From Octopus sinensis (lineage: Eukaryota): 64,000 bases of DNA. Positions 37,154-52,429 of this stretch are shown in pieces (positions within the stretch are counted from its first letter, which is position 1; every line of letters starts with the position of its first letter). The DNA is taken from NCBI RefSeq assembly GCF_006345805.1, contig NC_042998.1:78616001-78680000 (forward strand). Reading direction: 5' to 3'. A model generated the notes under the pieces. That model saw only the letters and a program-made list of their open reading frames with translations, searched no databases and was not told where the DNA came from. A program made the translations under genes and the position numbers.

Positions 37154-38019
37154 TATATATATATATATATACGTGTGTGTGTATAAATCATATAATATAG
37201 GTATAGATAGATGCAGGCATGGTTATATAGTTAAGAAGATTGCTTCCCAACCATGTGCTCTTGGGTTCAATTTTCCTGTGCCACACCTTGGGCAAGTGTT
37301 TTCTGCTGCAGTAGTAGACTGAGCAAAGCTTTGTGAGTGGGTTTGTCAGATGGAAATGGAAAAAAAATAACCCGTTAAATATATATATATATATGCATTT
37401 ATACATACACATGTACATACTTATATATATATATATATATGAATATATGGGTACGGGATGTCACAAAACATAAGCAACATGAATTATGAAAACATGAAAT
37501 ACAAAGGCAAACTTGGGTATGCGATCAACGAGAGAAACAAATGGAAAACAAGACAAATAACATAAAGAACAATCCTTCAAGAGTTGTTGGCTGTTCATCC
37601 ACTCCACATTCTGAACATTTAACGACAATATGAGGCTTTGAAAAACAGTTGCTCCCACAAACCAAAATAAAATTTGGGATTAAAGAGGGTCAAAGTTGGT
37701 AACTAAAACTGGACAGTGGAGACACAACAAACCAAACGAAAACAAACATGGAGGCCAGATGAGGTAAGGCAGGGAATGCTGGAGAAATATTTTTTGACAA
37801 GAGAAAAGATAGGGGAGAAGACTAGAATGCATCTAGTCTGTGTGACTGACTGAAGGAAAAGAAAGATGATCAAGTGAGGAAAAGAAAGATGGACGATGGT
37901 CATATGTGAGCAACGAGAAAGAGTAAAGGAGGGAGAGAGAGAGAAAACAGTGAAGAAGATAAAAAGAATTAGAGAAAGGATGAGTGAGAAATATATATGT
38001 ATACACATGCAGATGTATG

Positions 38020-38050
<31 letters not shown>

Positions 38051-39164
38051 CTTGCTTCTGGGAAAATATGACCTAACTTGTAAGCAGGTGAAGGTTGGCA
38101 AGAGGAAGGGCATCTGGCCTTAGAAAATCTACCTCGACAAATTCCATTTGGCCCTTGCCAGCATGGAAACATAGGCATTAGATGATGATGATTATTATTT
38201 TTTTTTTTTTATTTCAAATAGTTTCAGCTCATGAGCTGTGGCCATGCTGGGGCACCACCATTTGGTTTTGCTACATGATTTTACTTCACGAATGCTTTTT
38301 AGCAATTGACACTTGGTGCATGAGAGTGTTTGATGCAGCTGCCCTCATCTGCACACATTGTGTGTGTGTGTGTGTAAAGAGACAGAGACACACACACATG
38401 CATGCACGCACATATATGATGTGTAAAGATCCAAACCATTTGCAGTCTAATATGTAACAGATAGCAACAGATAGTCTAACACTTTTGAGACATCATAGTA
38501 ACATCAGTGTCAAGTGCTCTGGATATTGTAACACCCTACTTAATAAAGACTATTAGCAGAAGAAGCATGATATATGTGACAGGGAGAGTGTATTGTATGG
38601 GCAGTAACTGGAGTAGCAATGTCCATTTAATTCTTGGAAATAAGAAATACTTCTAATCTGTAATGTAGTAGTCATTGGGGGATAGAAGCTGAATTAGTGG
38701 TCAGACAATAGTGAACTGCAGCATGCTTTTCACTAGTATGGTAAAATGAGCTGGGAAGAAGAATGTGAGGGGTCACTAAGATCCATAGTAAAGTAACATC
38801 AAATATTAAAACAAAATTATCCTACTCAGTTTGATCTATTTTAGTGTTCACTGTGGATGCACTGCTGTGATTATATTTCCTCTGGCTAGAGTTGCACATA
38901 CTAACGTCAGTAGTAAGTTCATTTCCTCAGGATATTTTCACCATAAATTATACAATACCTTACCACTGCCTTTGACTGATATAACAGTTAAGATCTTGAA
39001 AAATCTACAATAGATCCAAAGTAGAGTATAATGTCATACTAAATAATGTCCAGTCACAGTCACAAAGTTTGTACTGCATAAATTCAGACATTAAATGCAA
39101 ATACAAAATGCACAATGTAAAGTGCATGTCACAACAATGAACTAGAGTTTAAGTTTATATTTTT

Positions 39165-39430
39165 GAATAAAGGCTCTGACATTTGACAGCATTTCATAAT
39201 CAACATTTTACAATTGACTTCACATGTGATGCTTTCTTCATAACACTTCTGTTGAGACTTCTCAGTTGACACTTGGTGATTCACACTTTGCAGTTGACAT
39301 GTCACAAATTGGCACCTTGCACTTTGGTGCTTTGAACTTTTCACTTCTTGTCTAACACTTTAAAATTAATAATTCATGTTTGACACTTCACAACTGGTGT
39401 TTCTTGATTGTCATTTTACAAGCCATATTT
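39165..39430. repeat. Cryptic degenerate 7-bp periodic repeat (T(G/C)ACACT-like)
   Basis: Parses as TGACATT TGACAGC ... TGAGACT TCTCAGT TGACACT TGGTGAT TCACACT TTGCAGT TGACATG. Confidence 0.6.
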
Positions 39431-42400
39431 TTTGACTAAATTTCATTCTACATGTTTCATAATTAATATTTCAGGTTTTGAATCCATCACTTTTAACTGG
39501 TCTTGAGAAAATTTAATCTATTATAGTCTTGGTAATGTTGTTACTCTTATGTGTATATACATGTATTCTGTTTCCAAATGTATTTTCATTTAGTGTTCTT
39601 GTTTATCTCTTTTGTCAAATATGTCTCACCAAACTCATATTTTTAATAATTTATGGTTTACATTACAGTCAGGTTTATACAGCAGATATTTGATAACTAA
39701 TATATCTTGAGAGACTTGTAACTTTATTTGGTGTTGTCAATTATGTTCTCTCTTGTCTGTTCATTTTCCTAGATTTTTTTCCACTTCTCTTGATTACTTT
39801 CTCTTGTACAATTTCCATGCTTTTGATGTTTAAGAGCATTATTTTAAGTCAGAAATTTAGTTGTGGAGATTGCTAAATTTATTTATAATCTGCTTGAGAT
39901 TATTATTCAAGAATATTGAAAACTATTTAACTCTTTAATATCCTTGTTTTTGTTTTTTTTTATCAACATCTCTTCTATTAACTGATCCAAATTGCACGTC
40001 TAAAAAATAATACTATGTAGCTTGTTTATGAGTTCTGATGTTCAAAAGATTTCTCATTGAATATATTGTTAGTATTGATCAACCGCAGGTAAAGTCTGAT
40101 TGTGTGCAGAGCTATGATCAAAAGTATTCCAACTGTCTATTTTTCAGACATAATGTATCAAAGCTTACATTAACTGTAGTATCCTTCATTTTTGGAGCTA
40201 CAGGAATCTGATTTTGAGGTAATCTCACTTTTAAGCAGATCACATGACAAAATTGAGGTTTTGTGAGGTAAGCCTTGTAAATGTTGAATTTTATATGGTA
40301 GATTCAGAGTTCCTTTTGATATAAACCACTCCTAGAGCAGAATGGCAAATGTGTTCATGAGTAGGAAATTGGTGTATAGAGGTAAAATGATCAAGCAGAT
40401 AAGGTATTAGATCATTTCTCAAGTGACAAGAGTTCAAATAGACTGTAGGTATTTTGGTGTGTTTTTGGATTGAACGCTTCAATCTACAATACTATATTTC
40501 ACTTTTGCTGGGAATAAGGGTGCCTATGAAATAGAAATATTACCTGTAATAGGCCAGTATCCTATTCAGAAGAAGCTTCATCTCTAATCTACTTAATGTC
40601 ATAAAGCTAGAGCTTCACACTGGTCTTTAAAATGAATATTTGATGTTTAATGAACATTTAAATGGCAGATTTATGTTGTAAGGGAGAATTTATTTCTTGA
40701 TATTAATTGAATTTGAACTTAGAGCATAGGGATATGTAGCAATGTACATTTAGGCATTTTATCTAATACTGCAATGTTTAGCTTTTAAAATGTCGATGCT
40801 CCTTTAGTGTGTAATATGAATGATTCATCACATTGGTATAAAGTTGAAAATTGGAAGATGTATGTATCACCACCAATTGAATCAAATCTGTACATATTTT
40901 GTACTTATTTAACTAGTTAAATCTATGATCCATTGTCCAAAAATTGACAGTGTTACAGGGATGGTTGGACGGCAAAAATAGAAGACCTGAGTAGGTCTTT
41001 TTGGTACCTCTTCTTCTTTCTAAGTATGCCATTACACACACACACACGCACCCCCCCCCATTACTAGATACCATGATTCCACATTCATTATAGTACTAAA
41101 CTGATTATCAAATAATATTACCTTGCATAAAATAACGGTTGACTGCAGGTAACATTCTCAGATGATGGATAAATATTCTTGATTGCTTTAAAAAAACAAA
41201 ACAAAACAAAACAAAAAATAAAACATGTAATTCATTTTTAATGCTTAAATACACAATGAAACTTCATTTGCAAATGTTTTTACTTTAGTTTTATTTTATT
41301 TATTTTTACTTAGCATGTGTATTGTGCATCTGTTTCTATTTTCTGCAATGTGCTTCTCGGTGAATGCTCACTCTGACCCAGTTATGTGTACAGTTCACTG
41401 ATGTACAGTAATTTTTGTATATATCTACATATCAATTTGGTATATATGAACAAGAAAAAAGTACATAATATCATAGGAGAGTATAATATATTTCAACTGA
41501 TTCAGTAGTCTGTTTGTTAGCCCAGAGTTACTCCAACATATAACTGAATCCTCCTCAGACAGGAGAAAAGAAGATAATTTTTTCCTGCCTGAAGGAATCA
41601 TCTACATGTTGGGGAAATTCTTGAGTAACAAACCACTGGATCAACTTAAATGTATTTTAAATGTGTGTGTGTGTGTGTGTATAGATAGACAGATGGTGAG
41701 ATAATCATAATCACCTTCAGCACCCGTTGTCCATGCTGGCATTGGTTGTACAGTTTTACCAGGGCTTGTAAGCTGAGGGACTGCACCAGACTCTAGTCTG
41801 ATTCGGCATGGTTTCTGGATACCCTTCCTAACGCCAACCACTCCAAGAGTATAATGGGTGCTTTTATGTGCCTCCAGCATAGATGTCAGTTTGCATGACA
41901 CCAGTATCTGCCACGACTATGATTTCTCTTGGATTGGTGGGTCTTCTTCTCAAGCACAGCATATTGCCAAAGTTCTTGGTCATTTGTCATTGCTTCATGC
42001 TTTCATCTTCACCTGTATAAAACAGGTGTTGTGTGTCTAAATGTAACTTGATCATTTAATAAAAAGAAATTGATAAAATGTTTACTAGACTGAAGGAAGT
42101 AGATGTGTTAGACTAAAATCTCATTAAGGTGGTATCCTAACATGGTTGTACTCCAATGCCTAAAACTAGTAAAAATTAGTAACTGTAATTTTGGAGTTTT
42201 TACATCAAACTAGGAAATTTACTTATATTATGCATTTTTCTTTCTAGCATATAAACGTACATGTTTAACTAAGTTTGTATATCATCATGACCACCACCAT
42301 CACTACCACCACCACTACCATCATCATCATTGTTTTTAGCATCTGCTTTTTTATGCTTATATGAATTAGACAAAATTCATCGAAGTAGACTCTCTATGGC

Positions 42401-43913
42401 CTGGTGCCATTCCTGTCACTAACTTGTCCCTGACTATCTATGACTGGACATGTTTTCATGGAAGATTGAAAATGAATAACATCACTCGTGTGATGGTTTC
42501 ACTTGCTTACAACTATTATGCAATATCATGATGAGAAGCCACGAACACGCACATGCACAACAAGCTTCTTTCAGTTTCCCTTCTAACAAATCCGCTCACA
42601 AAGCTTTGGCCAACCCTGAGCTATAGTAGAAAGACATTTGCCCAAAGTGCCATGCAGTGGAACTGAACCTGGTCGAGAAGCAAACTTCTTGACTGCAATC
42701 AAGAGTAACGGATTATATCAGCCCCAGTATTTGAATCCTTTGCCATACAGTGCTGGGTTAACCATTAAGCACATGCTTAGGGCATGAAGGGTAGTAGGGG
42801 GTACTACAGAAAGGGCAAAGGATTCATGACACAAAAGAAATCCCTTCAAATTTGCTAAAATAATATTCAAACTGGTTTATTTGATTGGAAATATAGTTGA
42901 AGCATTCATAGTGTCATAATGAGGATCTGGTCAAAAACTTTTCAATTCAAAAAGATATAGGAGAAAACTTTTCAAATATAAATGAAGTGGATGTATACAT
43001 CTTATTTTTAGCTTTGTTTCATTTAGAAAAATAAAGATTTATTTTATGGTGTATAATTGTTTATACTTTGAATTACTTATTTATATAGGTGCCAAAATTT
43101 TTTAAGTGCTTAGGGCCTCTATGGGTCTTAATCTGGCTCTGGGTCTGTAGGTAAAAAATGGTTGAGAACCACCGGTCTATGTGTCTGTCTGTCTGTCTGT
43201 CTATTTTCCTGTCTGCTTGCCTGTCTGTCTCTCTGTTTATCTGTCTATCTACGTATGTATGTACACGTGTGCTTGTGTGTGTGTAAAAATGATTGCATTT
43301 TATATATGTGCATCATTTTACCCCATGGGGAAATGAGTTTGTGTGTATATACATATACGCAAATGTTTTGTATGTATAATTAGAAGTATGATGAATACTG
43401 AAACACAGTTGGTAGGCAGTTTCGTTTACTTCACTAATGCAATTAAAAAAAAAAAAGGTATAATTGTCTCTATTATATCTATCCTACAAAGTCATTAGGT
43501 TTTACTGCCCATTCAGGAATACTTCTGACCACAAAAAAAAAAAAAAAAAAATCGAGAAATTGACTTGATTTATCAGATTAGAATGTGAAAAGTTATTGCG
43601 TTTATGTATGAGCCAACAGATACATACACATGCAAGTATGTTTCAGTAGTTACACACACACACACACACCCAGCACAAGTATAATTACTTAATGCAAGTA
43701 CTTAGAAAGATGGTGATTATTAATGTGAAATATGGTCTTTACTTGGTTAGTAGCATGTTACTAAAGTTGATCCTTATCGCTTATTAACTTGGGTGTGTTT
43801 AGATTTAATGGTTTTATTGCAAGAATTGTTTTTTTTTCTTTTTTTATAAGTTTCGTGTATAAGTATTTATTTAATATTATTTTATAAAGTAGTCAGAGGT
43901 GGAGAGTTAGGAT

Positions 43914-43946
<33 letters not shown>

Positions 43947-44485
43947 GTAAATGTGTGTGTGTATATATATGTGTGTATATGTTGAGTAAAGCAGATTTAA
44001 GTAAAAAAAAAAACTATAAATATATATATATATTGTGTAAAGCAGATTTAAGCCATTGGCTATATATATATATATTATGATCATCATCATTTAATGTCCA
44101 TGCTAGTATGGGTTGGATGGTGTGGCCAGAGCTGGCAAGCGGTGGGGTGGGATCTGCACCAGACTCTAGTCTGATTTGACACGGTTTCTATGGTTGGATG
44201 CCCTTCCTAATGTCAACCACTTGACAGTGTGCTGGGTGCTTTTATGTGGCACTGCAGGGGTTCTTTTACCTGGTGCTGCAAAGGCACTTTTACATGGCAT
44301 GACATGGGTGCTTTTATGCGGCACTGCACAGGTACTTTTACCACAAGTATATTTTAATATTTCTCTTAGGCATAACGATACTAATACCTTGGTATTAGAA
44401 CTCTCTACACATATACTTCAGAATTATATGCATGTGTATATGTGTGTGTGTACGTATGTATGTATGTATGTATATATATATATAT

Positions 44486-44703
44486 ATTTCTTTACTACCC
44501 ACAAGAGGTTAAACATAGAGGGGACAAACAAGGACAGACAAAGGGATTAAGACCCCAGTGCGAAACTGGTACTTTATTTATCGACCCCGAAAGGACGAAA
44601 GGCAAAGTCGACCTTAGTGGAATTTGAACTCAGAACGTTACGACAGACGAAATACTGCGAAGCATTTCGCCCGGCATGCTAACGTTTCTGCCAGCTCGCC
44701 GCC
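44486..44703 (-). mobile_element. SINE family A
   Basis: Reverse complement of the 2286-type element, ending CCAGCTCGCCGCC. Confidence 0.9.
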
Positions 44704-47700
44704 CATAAAATAACAGTTTAATTCAACACTACATTGTTTCAAGTTTCATGAGTACATAGATAAATATCACCTCATCAGATGTTCTGATAAGGCAGATGTA
44801 TCTTATGTACCTATGAAACTTGCAGAGCTGTTGTCAAATGCATGCTAAATCCAACCAAATGTGTTTGAATGCTATCCTCTTTAGTTTGTCCACTCACTTG
44901 CATACACACACACACACACACGTATGCATATGCATGTGTGTATACACACATACACACACACATATATATATATATATAAACAAAAGAGTGGAAAAGTTTG
45001 GTATATTTTCTATTCCATGTTACACATTTTTCATTACAGGATAAGAGTTACAAAGGTGTACTTGTAGAAAAAGCATACGGAAGATATTCTATCCATAATT
45101 CTTCAAAGATTAAAAAATGATACAAATTTCCAGTGGATACTGCTGCACTATATAATATTAAGCAATTAAGCATTAAACAAGAATATATTGAGAGACAGAG
45201 AGGGAAAAATTAGTGAAGAGATTATTACCCCTTCTATACACTACAGGCACAAATATTTATGTATATATGGCTGAACATGTTTTTGCAGAAGACTGGAAAT
45301 AAAAGACTCCACTTATATGACAGTGAAATTCATTTGTGGCTATTCCATAATATCAGGACACATACACGGCTTTGGTCAGCCTGTGGTTATAGTACAGTGG
45401 CAGAAAGTGCCATACAGTGGGACTGAACCCAGCATCACATAGCTGGATGGTGAAATTCTTAACCACAGAGCAATACCTTGCAACTCTATAACTGTTTGTC
45501 TAAGACAAATAAGACAATAAATTGAGAAGGAATCAATGTAATTTCTTTATATCTCAGGTTTTGGTTTGGCACAATAGCTTTTTGTTAAGTACTTTATTTA
45601 TTGAAGTGAATGAAGGGAGTTTTGAAGCATTTCTCACCTTGAAAATAAGTACAATAAATAGTTTTGCGTGTGAAAATGAATAAATTAAATGTAACCCATT
45701 AGCCAGTAACTCTTTCATCTATTTTCAAATATACAGGGTTGATGGAATAAAATACCATTAGTATTCTATGGACAGTTTAGTTGACTACACTTCTCCACTC
45801 CTTACAAATGTATGTGGCATTGTGCCAATGAATAGAAGCATTGTTTTTTTTCTTTTTGGTTGGGTAGTATTTCATAATGTTTGGTTTGGAATTCTTATTG
45901 TAAAGTTCCATTTTTTTTCCCTGAATAGTGTGGCACTGACTTAAAAAACATTCAACCGACCTTATGCAGTGGTAGTAGGGTGGAGCTTTGGTTTAAAAAA
46001 AATTAAAAGAAATTATTACATTAATTCCCTAATCAGTATTAATGATAGTTTAAAGCACAAATCTATCTGCACAGCATGTTTACTAATACATATAAAACAC
46101 ACACACACACATCATTCTTACATGCATACACATGATTGTGCACTTATACAGTTACATTTATATACTTTCATGCCTGTATATATTCTGCATACCCATAATC
46201 TCATGCACAAAACACACACTTGTGTGTGTGTGTGTGTGTGTGTGTCTGTGTGTAAACACACGCACACAAAAGACAGAATAATTTTTTTTTTAAAAGGGAA
46301 GTGTAGGGAAAATATATGAAATCAAATTTTAGTAATTTTTTTCAATCAAATTTATCGTTGATTTTTGTATTAGTGCAGAGAAATAACTGAATGAATTTCC
46401 AGAAGCAATTCTTGTCTTGCTTTAAGGAATTTATTTGCAGTTGGTGAGAGGTTGCGGCTTAAGAGAGAGAAGGAGAGAGAGAGAATTGTGAGCTTTCCAA
46501 ATATGTTGCGTTGGGTGAGAATAAGAACCAACTCACTTTCTTTAAGGTGGTTTGAATGAAGCAATTTTACTCTTGTTTCTGAGTTGAAACTAGGGTGTTA
46601 GTGGTGAGAGAGGTTGTAGTTGTAAAGAATGCCAGAAGGTCTTGCAAATATAAAATGGTTTGCAGTGAATAGAACTCCCTTCTCTTACTCTAACCTCGAA
46701 GTATGAAAGTTGGGTAGGATAGGTTTTTTTTAAAAAGAACACTCTTGCTTCTGGAAGGCTGTAATTGTGGAATAAGGAAATGGATCAGGAGTTCCAGAAT
46801 GTGTGATTTGCAAAGCTGGATTTTTGTCTTTTCTTTTTGAAAGCTTTTTCATTGGAAGCTGTTTTAAAGGTAGCAGTTGAAATAAAAGATTTTTAGGAAT
46901 CAGCCATTGTCTTGTTTCAACAAATAGGGATAGGAGAAAGGTTGGTAGAGTTAGTTGTTGGTGGCAGGGTTAGAGAGGGAATATGTGTATAAAAAGGTGT
47001 TATGAAAGGGTGCCTTTGTCATCAATTGGATAATTTAAATATGGTGTAGTTTTTATAATGATTAATTAGGATCATTACATGTAATTTATCAATATTAAAT
47101 TCTCGTTAGGTCTGAGAGTTGCAGCTAGTCAAGTTGACAAAGGCATCAGACTACCAGTTTTCTATATGCTGGTTTATATCTTGTCATCATCATTGTGCTG
47201 TCTCTGTGACATAAATCTTTTTACTTTCAATAACTCAGTCTTTGTATCTGAACCTGTGTTCTATGTGTAGTAAGATCTGTACAATTTGCTGCTGAAATCT
47301 ATGAATTTGTTAACATGACTAGTACAATAGGAGCTTCTAAGTAATCACTTGATTTGTTAGCAAGTTACACTTAAATGATATCATACTGTCTTAAGCAAAA
47401 AAGGATTCATTTGATAATGAAGCTTGGAACAACTTGGATCATAGGCCTGCTCAGTCAGTGCCATCATAAGGTTAAACAACAACTATAATCAGTACTCAGT
47501 TCATCAACTGAGGAGGGATGCAAAATGAAGGAGATATAGTTAAAATTTAAACTCATGACAAAGGGAGCTGGAACTTTCAGCTGACAGTCATGTCCTCGTG
47601 TCCTGCCATTTTTTATCACTTCACTGCCTTTTTAGGATTGATTACTAGCATTGGCACAAGGCTACAATTTTATAGCGAGAGAGATGTGTAGTCAATTGGA

Positions 47701-49324
47701 TTGACTCCAGTATATGACTCATGCATATGAATGGCTGCTGAGTAGGAAGGACTCAACATAAGCATGTGACTTTCTATAAACAACAGTCAAATTTTTCTTA
47801 AATTACACTATAACATCTTAACTAAATAGAAGTGACATTAGAGTATGTAGTTTTACATATCTTTAAATTGATAGGATGGTCATGGTTGGAATGCATATGA
47901 TCATAGGTTTGCTTAATCTAATTTGACCTGCAGTGGAACAACAACAATCATGATATATTCTTATAATATGTGTTATTCATTATTACATACACGCACATCT
48001 ACATGTATATGTGTGTATAAAAGCTTTTAGTCTGTAATTTCCCTATTGTTTTAACCCCAACCTCTATACAAACCAGATATAGTCCTTTCAAATGTTCTGG
48101 TTGGTTATTATTGTTTGGTAACTTCCAGTTGACACAACTTGACTCCAAACTGGTTGATAAAAGAATACATTAATCAAGATTTTAAAATGTCTTAAGTGAA
48201 CATGACCCCCATTTTAAAGATTGAAGAGAAAATTTGGTAGAAGTTTTTAACCTTTATTACTTAGCCCAAGTTTGCTTTGATTCACCTTTTGATTATCCCC
48301 TCCCCCTTTTTTTTTTCCTTTTTTCGTTTTTCTTTCTTTTTTCAGACAGTGTTTCAAAAATTATCTCACCTTTTATAACTAGTTGGATGTGATTTGAAGT
48401 TTATTTGGCTACTATTTATAACAACTCCATCAATCATGCACACATTTCCTTCACTGGCTCATTTGGAGCAAGGAGGGAAATGGCCAGGTAGAATATTTCT
48501 TTTCTAGTGTAAGTATTTTGTGGTGCACTTGGGATGTTACACTTAATTTTATTTTTGTGTGTTTCCCTTAGATGTTTGGAGAATATATCAGATATTCTGG
48601 AGAATGTTGCCTCAAATGAATTGGCAATTAATTAATCTAAGGAAATATTTCAATCACATCTACTTAACAAGTGATCTAAGTAATAATAGTTTTAAAGAAA
48701 GGCACCTTGGAGCAAGGCTATATTTACATAGAACACGTTAAGGAAAATTCAGTTACTACTCTGTGTAGGTCAAATGGTTAAATAGCAGCTCCTTGTTTGG
48801 CTTAGGTGATTGCTTGGTTGTTTGGTTAATGAGTTGGTTGGTATAGCATCTTATTTATTCAAGCATATCAAATGATGAAATGGACATTTTGTGTGGCTTC
48901 TGCTCAACCTTACCTATTGGAAAATTTCCCAAATCTAAATCTGGATTTCCTTCGTGTTTGCTTTTGTCATCAAATGAACCTCATTTCCTAATTATTCCAC
49001 TAATTAACAGCTTATATTCTCTGTAGTTGTAAACTAGTTAGTCTATATAGTTACTGACTTAGTTTTCATATATGCATATGCACTCATAGTCATCTGGTTA
49101 AAGGAAAGTTTTTTTCTTCATTTTTTTTTTGTTGTTTGCAACCATGTAGATTAGGTGTGATTTCACTGCATGACACCTCGGGCAAATGACTTCAAGTATA
49201 GCTATGGGTTGACTAATATTTTATGAGTGGAATGTGGTAGTTAGCAACTGTAAACCTGCTAGTATGTAGGCATGTGTTGTGTGTGTATGTATAATTGTAT
49301 ATGTATGTATAATGCATGTGTGTA

Positions 49325-49391
<67 letters not shown>

Positions 49392-49429
49392 ATAAAAATG
49401 GTAAGACAACAAATGGTGGATGAAAGTAT

Positions 49430-49960
49430 ACTTTTAGGTGCATGCACGTGGGTGTGCGGGCGCACATGTGTTGGATGAACAGGCACGCTTACGCAAATAC
49501 TATGAACATTTTTACCCCCTTACTTAGCGGTCATTCGAATAGCTCTTTTGTCTTAATGGTCAATCACACAGTAATTTCCCTTTGTATAACGGTCATTTTT
49601 CATAGCATTTTTCTGATGGCCAGATAACTGAAGAGTTGGCAGCGTGGATTTCCACCTCGGCATCCGAAACTCAGAGTTTTATCATGGCTACCGAATAATT
49701 GTCACATATTACATTTACAGGTATGTGTGTGTGTGTATATATATATATATACACACACACACATGCACACATGCACACATTTATATATGTATGTACATTA
49801 AAAGTAACAGAAAGAGTCAAGTGAATTTGCTGTGAGGAATGGAACTTTCAACGTTTCAGACAGTCCTTCTTCAGGGTAACTTAGTAACTTTGATGCGGGA
49901 GGGGAATAAAAGAAAAACAACAATGTTTGAGAAATTGGTCACATTACATGAAGAACGCAA
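49430..49960. promoter_or_regulatory. Local CpG-retaining island with candidate first-exon donors
   Basis: Many CpGs in an otherwise CpG-poor region; plus donor ACAG|GTATGT at ~49720 and a minus-strand GTAA donor at ~49525. Confidence 0.3.
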
Positions 49961-49994
49961 GACAACATGAGCTTCATATGTAGACAGGAAGCAG

Positions 49995-50030
<36 letters not shown>

Positions 50031-50624
50031 GGTGTGAGAGGGAGGAGGAAAGAGAAAAGAAAAGAGGGGAAGAAATAAGTGAGGGTGAGGTGGAGGAAAA
50101 AATTGTGCTGAGAGGCAAGCTGAAGGATAAGAACAGGATTACTGAAATAAGAGGAGGTGTAGAAGTAGACACAAAAAACATTCATTGAAGCCAGATTGAT
50201 AATATTGTTCCAAGTTTGAATATGAAATGTTGTTCCTTCCATTTCCTTGAATATGAGAATTCACGGTGTGCAGAAATGTGTAGATACACATACACATGGA
50301 CACAAATATTGATACACACACACACACACACACACACATGTATATACATACACACATAACTATACATATATGTATAAATATATGTATATTTATAAGTATA
50401 TGTGTATGTACATATGTATATGTGTGTATATATATATGTGAATATAAGGCTGATTTTGGCCATATCCAAAAAGCTTTTATTTAATGTCATCATTGTCATC
50501 ATCATCGTCATATGTCAGTTTTCCATGTTGTGTGTATGCGCATATATATAAATGCGTGTGTGTGTGCGTATCATCGTCATCATCCTTTAACGTCTGTTTT
50601 AAATGATGATGATGATGATGCGTG

Positions 50625-50983
50625 TCTCTTTTACTCTTACTTGTTTCAGTCATTTCACTGCGGCCATGCTGGAGCACCGCCTTTAGTCGAGTAAATCGAC
50701 CCTGGGACTTATTCTTTGTAAGCCCAGTACTTATTCTTTATAAGTTGTCAAGGTATGTTGTGGGGACAAACACTGACACACAGACATATACACTCACACA
50801 TATATATATATATATATATATATGACAGGCTTCTTTCAGTTTCCGTCCACCAAATCCACTCACAAGGCTTTGGTCGGCCTGAGGCTATAGTAGAAGACAC
50901 TTGTCCGAGGTGTCACGCACTGGAACTGAACCCAGGACCATGTGGTTCATAAGCAAGCTACTTACCACACAGCCACTCCTCCA
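50625..50983 (-). mobile_element. Family B SINE, minus orientation
   Basis: Tail CTTGTTTCAGTCATTTCACTGCGGCCATGCTGGAGCACCGCC through head CCACACAGCCACTCC. Confidence 0.9.
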
Positions 50984-50984
50984 T

Positions 50985-50993
50985 ATATGTATG

Positions 50994-51063
<70 letters not shown>

Positions 51064-51069
51064 CACATA

Positions 51070-51107
<38 letters not shown>

Positions 51108-51144
51108 CACATATGTGTGTGTGTGTGTATATATATATATACAC

Positions 51145-51189
<45 letters not shown>

Positions 51190-51194
51190 CACAT

Positions 51195-51236
<42 letters not shown>

Positions 51237-51242
51237 CACATA

Positions 51243-51278
<36 letters not shown>

Positions 51279-51284
51279 CACATA

Positions 51285-51320
<36 letters not shown>

Positions 51321-51324
51321 CACA

Positions 51325-51360
<36 letters not shown>

Positions 51361-51363
51361 CAC

Positions 51364-51406
<43 letters not shown>

Positions 51407-51480
51407 CACATATATGTGTGTATGTATGTATATGTGTTTATATGTGTGTATGTATGTATGTATATGTGTTTGTATGTATG
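50985..51480. repeat. Compound (GT)n(AT)nACAC higher-order microsatellite
   Basis: Directly visible; about ten variable-length units. Confidence 0.97.
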
Positions 51481-51936
51481 TTTTCATATGTACGTATGCA
51501 TATTTATACATGCATGTATTCATGTTCATGTATATCTGCCTCAACTAATCCTGCCCCACCCATATGAGTATGGAAAACTGGGTGTTAGAATGCTAAGGAT
51601 CATGATGATATATGCAGATACAGGTATGGTTATATCATTAGGTGCTCTGCTTCCCGACCACATTGTTTTAGGTTTAGTCCCACTGTGTAGAACCTTGGGC
51701 AGGTTTCTTCTTCTCTAGTACTGGGCTTGCAAGAAGCATCTTGTATGGTTCATTCCACAAAAGCATAGGTAATTTTAATAAATGAAGAATTTATTTTGTA
51801 CAATATTTGATATACCTGCATTTCTCTTTTGTATGTATGTATGCATGTATATATGTCCATGTGTAAGAGTGTGTCTCCTCTTGACATAATCATTGTGAAT
51901 GCTATCTATCTATCTATCTACATATATATAAAAGCA

Positions 51937-51983
<47 letters not shown>

Positions 51984-52429
51984 TCATCATTATATTTGCA
52001 TCTGATTTTCCATGCTGGAATGGGTTTGATAAAACTTGTTGAAGGAGATTTTTACAGCTAGATGCTCTTCTCATTATCAACTTCCACTTACTTTTTAAAT
52101 GAGGAATTTTGCATTTCATTGGTCTGAACAGTTCTGAACTGTGGGATATTTCTCTTATATATTATATTGTATGCTTGAATAAGTGTTTGTCTTTTTTTGT
52201 ATATAACAATGTATCAGTATATTACTTATTTGTCTATCTTTCTCGTCATCTGTAGGTCTGTCTAGCCTTGTGGGGCTTCCTTTCTTATTGTCCCTACTTT
52301 TCCCCTCATGCTTATACCTTCCTTCTTTGCTTTTCCACATTTTTCCCTTTCCACATTCTATCCTTATCTAATACTCTTATAACCTGCATTTTATGAACTG
52401 GTTCACAAGGCATTCCAATTATTTGTTAG

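Noticed and set aside
40110-40500. Possible decayed mariner end and transposase start
   Set aside because: Only a short GATCAAAAGTATTCC resemblance; no second TIR and no DD34D motifs.
43087-43175. hAT-like terminal fragments (GGTTGAGAACCAC)
   Set aside because: No matching opposite end or TSD found.
46360-47000. Strand-biased stretch resembling a decayed CR1/L2 ORF
   Set aside because: No diagnostic EN or RT motif could be read.
48800-48830. LGDC motif as a calpain active-site exon
   Set aside because: Reads LGDCLV rather than LGDCW, and lies downstream of the WSALIEKAY candidate, the wrong order.
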